Shown here: positions 58,022 through 64,000 of the stretch, piece by piece
Layout of the letters: each line of letters starts with the position of its first letter
Position numbering within the stretch: position 1 is the first letter of the stretch
Origin: Escherichia phage vB_vPM_PD112
Sequence record: NC_054928.1
DNA length: 64,000 nucleotides
Reading direction: 5' to 3' (one strand)
Position numbers and translations under genes: made by a program
The notes under the pieces: model-generated
Told to the model about the DNA's origin: nothing
Databases searched by the model: none
What the model saw: only the letters and a program-made list of their open reading frames with translations

Positions 58022-58429
58022 TCACTCAATTTCAATTTTACTAAATACACAGAATATGATTGAACAGACTACATAAGCACCACACACAGATTGAACTAAT
58101 ACCATCCCAAAGAACCAAACAATATTATCAAACAGTGTCTGTTTTACGTCGAAAGGACGTAAACTTACAGTAATATTATCACCTTTTTCTATTGAAGAAT
58201 ACATCTCTGGGGAAATATATTCACTAAATCTATAACCGTCTTTGAGTTCATATACAGCAATAAACGATAAACTAGACCCCTTTCCTTGTGTTCCTGTAAT
58301 GGTATTAACTACAGTAACATCATAATCTTTATAATGCATATAATCATTAATTGCGTAATAACCGTATGCAACTACTACACATAAACAACATATCAATAAA
58401 TTCAATCTTTTAATTATCAACTGTTTCAT
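58022..58429 (-). CDS. membrane protein, 135 aa
   Basis: N- and C-terminal hydrophobic spans; ATG start; middle promoter upstream. Confidence 0.5.
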   Translation of the reverse strand: MKQLIIKRLNLLICCLCVVVAYGYYAINDYMHYKDYDVTVVNTITGTQGKGSSLSFIAVYELKDGYRFSEYISPEMYSSIEKGDNITVSLRPFDVKQTLFDNIVWFFGMVLVQSVCGAYVVCSIIFCVFSKIEIE

Positions 58430-58458
58430 AATAATCTCAATTAAAAGGGCTTAGAACC

Positions 58459-58482
58459 ATTATACCATCCTTGGTATAAAGC
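58459..58482 (-). promoter_or_regulatory. MotA-box middle promoter
   Basis: Minus strand GCTTTA (plus 58477-58482), 12 nt, TATAAT (plus 58459-58464). Confidence 0.55.
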
Positions 58483-58484
58483 GG

Positions 58485-59012
58485 TTATGCGAGTACCGTC
58501 TTTAACCGTTCTTCAAACTTCCGAAGAGTATTTTGGCGTTCAGCTCTTTGCTTTTTGTAAGTTTCAATACGCTCTGAAATGAGAGTGTATCGTTCATTTA
58601 CTGATTCTTTCATAAAATCAGGAATTTCACGAGAAGCTTTAATCTCATCAAATTTATCAATAACAGCTTGCTCTTCAGCAATTAAGTTATCATACATTAA
58701 AATATCTTTCTTGATGAACTCAATATCTTCTTGAGTTACACGAGATAATTTAGATGCTTTATCCTTTTTGTACTGTTCGTTAGTATCACGAGACCAGTGT
58801 AATGTACGATTTTTATTCGTATTCTTATAAATTTCTACAATACCAATCTCATCGATAATAACGATCCAATTCCAATGGGATTTGTAAATTTGTCCTCCAT
58901 CAACCGTGATTTCACCTCCAATTGAGATGTCATTAAAGAACTTGCTTTGTGCTTCAGATTTAAATTTACCATCGTTATAATTTACCAAGTTGAAAATATC
59001 TTTAGCGTTCAT
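58485..59012 (-). CDS. hypothetical protein, 175 aa
   Basis: Track ORF, ATG start, SD GGAGGA. Confidence 0.55.
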   Translation of the reverse strand: MNAKDIFNLVNYNDGKFKSEAQSKFFNDISIGGEITVDGGQIYKSHWNWIVIIDEIGIVEIYKNTNKNRTLHWSRDTNEQYKKDKASKLSRVTQEDIEFIKKDILMYDNLIAEEQAVIDKFDEIKASREIPDFMKESVNERYTLISERIETYKKQRAERQNTLRKFEERLKTVLA

Positions 59013-59040
59013 TTTCTGTTCCTCCGTAGTTGATAGTTGT

Positions 59041-59070
59041 ATAGTACCACAGAGGAACAGTCTTGTAAAC
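59041..59070 (-). promoter_or_regulatory. T4-early-type promoter
   Basis: Minus strand TTTACA (plus 59065-59070), 18 nt, TACTAT (plus 59041-59046); leader nearly identical to the motA promoter. Confidence 0.65.
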
Positions 59071-59072
59071 CA

Positions 59073-59387
59073 CTAAAAGAAACTTCTTTCACAATTTTTT
59101 CCACTAAACCATGCGCTCACTGCTTTCTTAGTCTCAGGAGCAGTGTTATCCATAAACCATTCAAAGGCAGCCTTTTTATGATTCTGGAGGGCTTCTCGGG
59201 CTTTAATCTGCTCACGGTCTATTAACACTAACATATGAGCCTTTCTTGTCACCATGGGCTTCTTATGATTTTTTGAATACTCCCAGTCATTTGTCCATCG
59301 CATTGTCGTTGCGAACTGAAATACAGCTTCTTTAATCTTAGTTTCGTAAATTTCACGAGCCTTTGAGTATAACATCACTACCTCCAT
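59073..59387 (-). CDS. hypothetical protein, 104 aa
   Basis: Track ORF, ATG start. Confidence 0.5.
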   Translation of the reverse strand: MEVVMLYSKAREIYETKIKEAVFQFATTMRWTNDWEYSKNHKKPMVTRKAHMLVLIDREQIKAREALQNHKKAAFEWFMDNTAPETKKAVSAWFSGKNCERSFF

Positions 59388-59477
59388 TCACCAGTTTAAT
59401 TCTAGTCATCTTTTTAATGGCAGTCCATATAATCTATTTCTGAACTGCCTTTTTGTCTTAGAAGGCCTCTTATGAAT

Positions 59478-60446
59478 TTATTTCAGAAGAGTAACCTCAG
59501 CAATTTCTTGCCAACCGTTTTTGTCGGTCATAATAAAGTCAGCAAGATAAAGTGCAGTACGCAGTGAAACATTGCGTAAACGGTTAACATTGACTTTCAT
59601 CCATGATAATGCTTTATAAGTTTCTTCATCAGAAAGACCGCGCTTTTGCATCATGTCGGTTGAAAGAATAACATCTTCAACCCTGACCATAATTTCTTCA
59701 TTAGTGTGAACACCCAAATCCAAATAAACTGAGCGGGATACTAATGCTTGTAAATGTGGAGCAAGTTTAGTACCACGGTCTAATTCGCGGTCAATGTCAA
59801 CGTTTGTGATAAAAACAATCGTTCCTTTAAATTCAAACTCACGCTCAATGCCTTTTTCTTCTAAGTAAGAAGATGCAGTGCTCCAGCAGACTTTACGGGT
59901 CTCTCCAGTGTCCAGAGCGGCTTTTAGAAGATTAAGAATGTCCATATCAGAGAAAACATCCACATCATCAATCAAAAGGACAGAATTCTCTTCACGATTA
60001 TTCCAAAGTTGTTCATAAAGACCGATACCGGAGATTTTACCGTTAATGCTTTTATATTCAATGTATCCATTATCATTTGCTTTATTCAAAGCTTTATCTA
60101 AAGAATACGTTTTACCAATACCTGCTGCACCAGAGATAATTAATGAACGAATGTTTCCGTTAATAATACCATTCGTCATCATTCCCATAACATTAAATCT
60201 TTTATTAATGCGGGTTTTCATATCTTCATACGATTCTTTAACTTCTTCAACTTTTACACCATCATATGAAATGTCTGATTTGTAAACCCAAACACCGCGA
60301 CGTTTACCGTCAATTTCAACAAAAACTTTACCATCTCCTTGTGCATCTACCGGAGCATTATCTGGGAACCATTCACCTAAGAGCTCAAAAGTTCCAGAGA
60401 TTTCTTTACCGAAGTAGATACCCTTATTGATAGTTACAGTTTTCAT
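59478..60446 (-). CDS. P-loop ATPase (AAA-like), function unknown
   Basis: Walker A GAAGIGKTY and Walker B VLLIDDVD; track start is TTG, first ATG used. Confidence 0.6.
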   Translation of the reverse strand: MKTVTINKGIYFGKEISGTFELLGEWFPDNAPVDAQGDGKVFVEIDGKRRGVWVYKSDISYDGVKVEEVKESYEDMKTRINKRFNVMGMMTNGIINGNIRSLIISGAAGIGKTYSLDKALNKANDNGYIEYKSINGKISGIGLYEQLWNNREENSVLLIDDVDVFSDMDILNLLKAALDTGETRKVCWSTASSYLEEKGIEREFEFKGTIVFITNVDIDRELDRGTKLAPHLQALVSRSVYLDLGVHTNEEIMVRVEDVILSTDMMQKRGLSDEETYKALSWMKVNVNRLRNVSLRTALYLADFIMTDKNGWQEIAEVTLLK

Positions 60447-60482
60447 TTTATTCTCCAATTTTACATTTGTTTTGATAGGGTA

Positions 60483-60511
60483 ATAGTATCACACTACTAC
60501 CCTGCTGTAAA
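60483..60511 (-). promoter_or_regulatory. T4-early-type promoter
   Basis: Minus strand TTTACA (plus 60506-60511), 17 nt, TACTAT (plus 60483-60488). Confidence 0.65.
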
Positions 60512-60515
60512 CAAT

Positions 60516-60779
60516 TTATTTTAATGTTCGCCAAATTTTTACTGCTTCGCGACGAGATACTTCTACAGCTCCAAGTTCTACAGCTTTTTGGCGTCGCCGA
60601 GCGTGTAAGTCATAATGTTTAATGCGTTTATCTTGAAACCAAGAACGTTTCATTCCTATTGCTTCTGCCATTTCGTGAAGCTCTTCAATATCTCCATCAG
60701 TGAACATATGACAATTTTTAGTTGGATGACCGCGAAGTTTCCATCCATGATTCATTAAAACATCTACGTAAACTGTCAT
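60516..60779 (-). CDS. hypothetical protein, 87 aa
   Basis: Track ORF, ATG start. Confidence 0.5.
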   Translation of the reverse strand: MTVYVDVLMNHGWKLRGHPTKNCHMFTDGDIEELHEMAEAIGMKRSWFQDKRIKHYDLHARRRQKAVELGAVEVSRREAVKIWRTLK

Positions 60780-60925
60780 TGATTCTTCTCCAAATAAGTT
60801 TCGATAATTTTCTGAGCGAGATAAACTGCATTATCTTCAGTTGCATCTTCTAAGAAACTTTCAAAACACTCTGAAATTTCTTCTGTGTCAATCAACTTTT
60901 TTACTTCAATTGGTGTAATTTTCAT
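60776..60925 (-). CDS. small acidic protein, 49 aa
   Basis: Hand-translated MKITPIEVKKLIDTEEISECFESFLEDATEDNAVYLAQK...; ATGA overlap; not in track. Confidence 0.35.
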   Translation of the reverse strand: MKITPIEVKKLIDTEEISECFESFLEDATEDNAVYLAQKIIETYLEKNQ

Positions 60926-60963
60926 TTTGTTTTTCCGTTTAAGTGTTTGTTTTGATAGTTGTA

Positions 60964-60991
60964 TAGTACCATAAAGCTTTATGCTTGTAAA
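60964..60991 (-). promoter_or_regulatory. T4-early-type promoter
   Basis: Minus strand TTTACA (plus 60986-60991), 16 nt, TACTAT (plus 60964-60969). Confidence 0.65.
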
Positions 60992-60999
60992 CCGTTTTG

Positions 61000-61040
61000 T
61001 GAAAAATTTTTGAAATAAAAAAGGGAGCCCGAAGGCTCCC
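61000..61040 (-). terminator. intrinsic terminator
   Basis: Minus strand GGGAGCCUUCGGGCUCCC followed by UUUUUUAUUUC, just past the stop of ORF 61043-62056. Confidence 0.7.
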
Positions 61041-61042
61041 TA

Positions 61043-62056
61043 TCATTTATAATAACTTCGGTGGTTTTCAAGATAGACCTTCTCAAGGAAGTCATCCCAG
61101 AAACTCATGTCTACTGTTTTAGGCATACCGTTCTTAGAAGCTTCAGTAGATGCTGCTTCTACTTGATCGACCACATCTTCCAAAAACTCTTGAACCGTTT
61201 TAAATGGATGTTTACCCAACTTCACGTCAAGAATAAATGGAGCGTCTTGAAGTGGATAAACCAAGTCACCAGTTTTGTAAATTTCCAATAGTTGAAGTCC
61301 ACCACGACAAGCATGGCTCAGAGCTTTCCAGTCAATACCTTCGTTGGCTTTGGCCTTACGGGCACGTTCACCATATTCAGCATCTAATTTGTTCAGTGAC
61401 TGCTTAAGCTCAATAAGAGAAAGCGTTGTCTGATATTTACGACCCAACACAGTGTAGAACATTTGCGGGCCTGTTTTCTCATAATTATGGAACACCCATT
61501 CACAGAACTCGTTTTCTGGAAGACGATGCTTAATATCTTCAACTTTAGTGCGACGAAGTCTATCAGGGATTCCTTCTTGATAGTCGACCCACTGGTCAGG
61601 GATTTGATTAACTACTTTCAATACATCACGTAATGCGGCCAAACGAGAACCCTTGACACCGTATTTAGAAGCTTGCTTACGGACATATCCTAAATAGGAT
61701 TTCATGTTAGTCGTATAAAAACGAGAACGGTTGTCTTGAATAAACTTCCACACATCAGGCAAATCAGATTTAACCACTAGCTCAGGTGGAGTGTGAAGCA
61801 TATCTAATGCTACAGTTTCACCATCTGCTGCTAATTTAAAGAAATACTTAAGACTGTATAGTTCATGGTCAATATCATCTTTAGTGTTTTTAGATGATGT
61901 GTTGTTAGTGTTTTTACTCATGTGCTCTTTAACGTTTCCAATAAGAATATCACGAGCAGGAGGAACAAAGATTTCTTTAAAATCTACATCAGATTCTGGA
62001 GTAGAAGTTCCATAAAGATGACTACCAAAATAACTTTTCATTACTGTTTTCATCAT
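61043..62056 (-). CDS. nucleotidyltransferase-like protein (Pol-beta superfamily motif)
   Basis: 337 aa; N-terminal GSHLYGTSTPESDVDF fits the GS...DxD nucleotidyltransferase signature. Confidence 0.55.
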   Translation of the reverse strand: MMKTVMKSYFGSHLYGTSTPESDVDFKEIFVPPARDILIGNVKEHMSKNTNNTSSKNTKDDIDHELYSLKYFFKLAADGETVALDMLHTPPELVVKSDLPDVWKFIQDNRSRFYTTNMKSYLGYVRKQASKYGVKGSRLAALRDVLKVVNQIPDQWVDYQEGIPDRLRRTKVEDIKHRLPENEFCEWVFHNYEKTGPQMFYTVLGRKYQTTLSLIELKQSLNKLDAEYGERARKAKANEGIDWKALSHACRGGLQLLEIYKTGDLVYPLQDAPFILDVKLGKHPFKTVQEFLEDVVDQVEAASTEASKNGMPKTVDMSFWDDFLEKVYLENHRSYYK

Positions 62057-62062
62057 TCAGCC

Positions 62063-62515
62063 TTATATTCCAATAACAGGACACACTTTAGCTTTACGAG
62101 CTTTTAAAAATTCAACGATAATCGATTTCTTGGGTTGAATAGGAGGTAAACCTTTATACGCCCTATCAATGTTTTCTACGTGTAAAGCATAATCCTTTTT
62201 CCATTTATAATCTTTATATTTTTCACGCAAATGTGCAGGAATAACAAATGAACCGATAATAAGTAAAACAACAAAAAGCGCAAGTATAAATGCCGATGGA
62301 AGAAGAATCCATAAACTACCGAAAATAAGCCAACGTTGTAGGCTTTCTGCACAAATAATTGTTAGCCCTACGAGTATAGCACATCCAAAAATAGAAACGA
62401 AAAATGTAGGAATGGCAATAGACCAAAAATATGCGCATAGTGTCTTAGGTCGTTGCCATTCATCGTTAAACAATTTGAATAATTTATAGTGCCAAGAGTT
62501 TTCATTAATAATCAT
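62063..62515 (-). CDS. membrane protein, 150 aa
   Basis: Two to three hydrophobic spans; ATG start. Confidence 0.55.
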   Translation of the reverse strand: MIINENSWHYKLFKLFNDEWQRPKTLCAYFWSIAIPTFFVSIFGCAILVGLTIICAESLQRWLIFGSLWILLPSAFILALFVVLLIIGSFVIPAHLREKYKDYKWKKDYALHVENIDRAYKGLPPIQPKKSIIVEFLKARKAKVCPVIGI

Positions 62516-62517
62516 AA

Positions 62518-63039
62518 TTATCCTTTCATTGAAGGTGTAACAGTTGTTAAATACTTAATCATAGCCTCAGCTTCTGATTTTGATAATGAAATTTCTCCAT
62601 TGTTTTGACGAATAGAAATAAAATCCGGATGACGGTCACCACCAGCTTTTAAAACACACATATAAGTATCAGTTTCATCTTCAATATTTGAAATGATTGA
62701 AGCAGTTCCACATGAATGCGGTTTTTGATAAATCAATACAGCTTTTCTTCCGCCATTTGACTGTTCATAAACTTTTAATACATCAAACAAATCACTTCTT
62801 TTATCAATAGCTAAAATGTTATTTTCATCTTCAATGTTAAATCCTTCGGATACTTCATAAAGTGTCACCCATAAATCGCCAATATCAATAACAGCGTTCA
62901 CTTTTCCATGACTTTCAAGAGCATGACAAATTTTCTTGATTTCGTCATAACTCATTTTAATAATATCATCTCCTTGACTAAGAAAGATGTCATTTTTAAA
63001 TTCAACACGAATTAAACCGCTTCCACTTGAAATAAACAT
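62518..63039 (-). CDS. hypothetical protein, 173 aa
   Basis: Track ORF, ATG start; paralogue of the next ORF. Confidence 0.55.
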   Translation of the reverse strand: MFISSGSGLIRVEFKNDIFLSQGDDIIKMSYDEIKKICHALESHGKVNAVIDIGDLWVTLYEVSEGFNIEDENNILAIDKRSDLFDVLKVYEQSNGGRKAVLIYQKPHSCGTASIISNIEDETDTYMCVLKAGGDRHPDFISIRQNNGEISLSKSEAEAMIKYLTTVTPSMKG

Positions 63040-63045
63040 ATTTCC

Positions 63046-63588
63046 TCACTTTGAAATCATAGTTGGAATAACAGAATCAAGATAAGTCTTTAGCGCAATA
63101 GCTTCGTCTTTGGTAAATGTGACAATATGTGCTCGAGAATCATCAATTTGACGAATAGTTAAGACATCTCCTTCTTCATAGCATTTTGATACATTTAAAA
63201 CAGTTTCATCATTCTGATCGCACTGATCGCAAGCGTTAGTAATAATAGCATTGCAATTTTTAAGCCATTTTAAACTATGTTTTCTTTCATTAGAATAATA
63301 AAAATATTTAATGTAAGTTATAAAATTATCCCAATTATTAATTGATAAGCATATTGACTCGCTTTCAATGTTAAATCCTGGGCATAAAGAATAGAAATGA
63401 ATTTTATGCTCATCATTAATGCTTACAATTTTATCAGTATAAGGATATTCAATTTGGGTTAAATGAATGATTTCACTAGGCGTAAAATATAGCATATCGT
63501 CTTCTTGCGTCAAACGATACATGTTATTTACTTTTTCTATAGCCAATTCACCAAAAAGCGGACTAACTTCTAGTACTAATCGTTTCAT
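63046..63588 (-). CDS. hypothetical protein, about 180 aa
   Basis: Track start is GTG, first ATG used; shares GFNIE and C-terminal YL..V.P.M motifs with ORF 62518-63039. Confidence 0.5.
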   Translation of the reverse strand: MKRLVLEVSPLFGELAIEKVNNMYRLTQEDDMLYFTPSEIIHLTQIEYPYTDKIVSINDEHKIHFYSLCPGFNIESESICLSINNWDNFITYIKYFYYSNERKHSLKWLKNCNAIITNACDQCDQNDETVLNVSKCYEEGDVLTIRQIDDSRAHIVTFTKDEAIALKTYLDSVIPTMISK

Positions 63589-63589
63589 A

Positions 63590-63856
63590 TTAATCCTTTT
63601 TATTGGCACGAATTTGTTCTAAAATTTTAGAATATTCCTTTGTATCAGATTTACGTACAATTGATACACTATAAGGCATACTATCGGTGTCTTTTATAAA
63701 GCGTTCCAAATGACACTCTAACAAAATTTCTGGATTATAAATCGTGTACATCAAATTACCTGTTGCTCCACGATATTGGCAGATTTCTACTGATTGAACA
63801 CCATTCCATAATTTTGTTAAAACTAAATCACCTACTTCTAATTTAGGAAAGCCCAT
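63590..63856 (-). CDS. hypothetical protein, about 88 aa
   Basis: Track start is TTG; first ATG gives MGFPKLEVGDLV... Confidence 0.45.
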   Translation of the reverse strand: MGFPKLEVGDLVLTKLWNGVQSVEICQYRGATGNLMYTIYNPEILLECHLERFIKDTDSMPYSVSIVRKSDTKEYSKILEQIRANKKD

Positions 63857-63857
63857 G

Positions 63858-64000
63858 TTATTCACCAATTAAAGTTTCAATATAAGAATCAAGATTTACT
63901 TTAGCTTCTTCCATAAGAGTTTTGTATTTAATCTTGTTAGCATGTCCGGAGAAAGCTGATTCATCAATAATTGTTGATGTATGAACAGCTTTACTATACG
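63858..64000 (-). CDS. partial ORF (C-terminal end only)
   Basis: Open frame ending ...YIETLIGE then TAA at 63858-63860; 5-prime end lies beyond the window. Confidence 0.35.
   Translation of the reverse strand, partial: YSKAVHTSTIIDESAFSGHANKIKYKTLMEEAKVNLDSYIETLIGE

Overview
This window is a densely packed early/middle region of a T4-like (T-even, Tequatrovirus-type) coliphage; it does not look like an undescribed system. Identification rests on reading the ORF translations and recalling T4 biology; no database search was run. Almost all genes are on the minus strand, in T4 order: motA, topoisomerase 52, ac/stp/ndd, denB, rIIB, rIIA, gene 60 with its 50-nt translational bypass, mobA, 39, motB, dexA, dda, srd, modA/modB, soc, 56, dam, primase 61, sp/dmd, helicase 41, uvsX, segA, 42, imm, DNA polymerase 43, regA, 62/44/45, rpbA, 46/47, alpha-gt, 55, nrdH/nrdG/nrdD, 49, nrdC and a downstream block of unknown-function ORFs. 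CDS coordinates include the stop codon. The ORF track reports TTG/GTG starts as M, so several starts were moved to the first ATG with a Shine-Dalgarno sequence; small ORFs absent from the track are approximate to a few nt. The sequence also carries a repeated family of T4-early-type promoters (minus-strand GTTTACA, 17 nt, TACTAT/TATAAT), MotA-box middle promoters, and GC hairpins with UUCG loops at cistron boundaries. Differences from reference T4 as I recall it: a GT-A-type glycosyltransferase sits where T4 has beta-gt, nrdD is intronless, a truncated GIY-YIG remnant lies between nrdG and nrdD, and no seg gene lies between soc and 56. No tRNA, rRNA or CRISPR array was seen.
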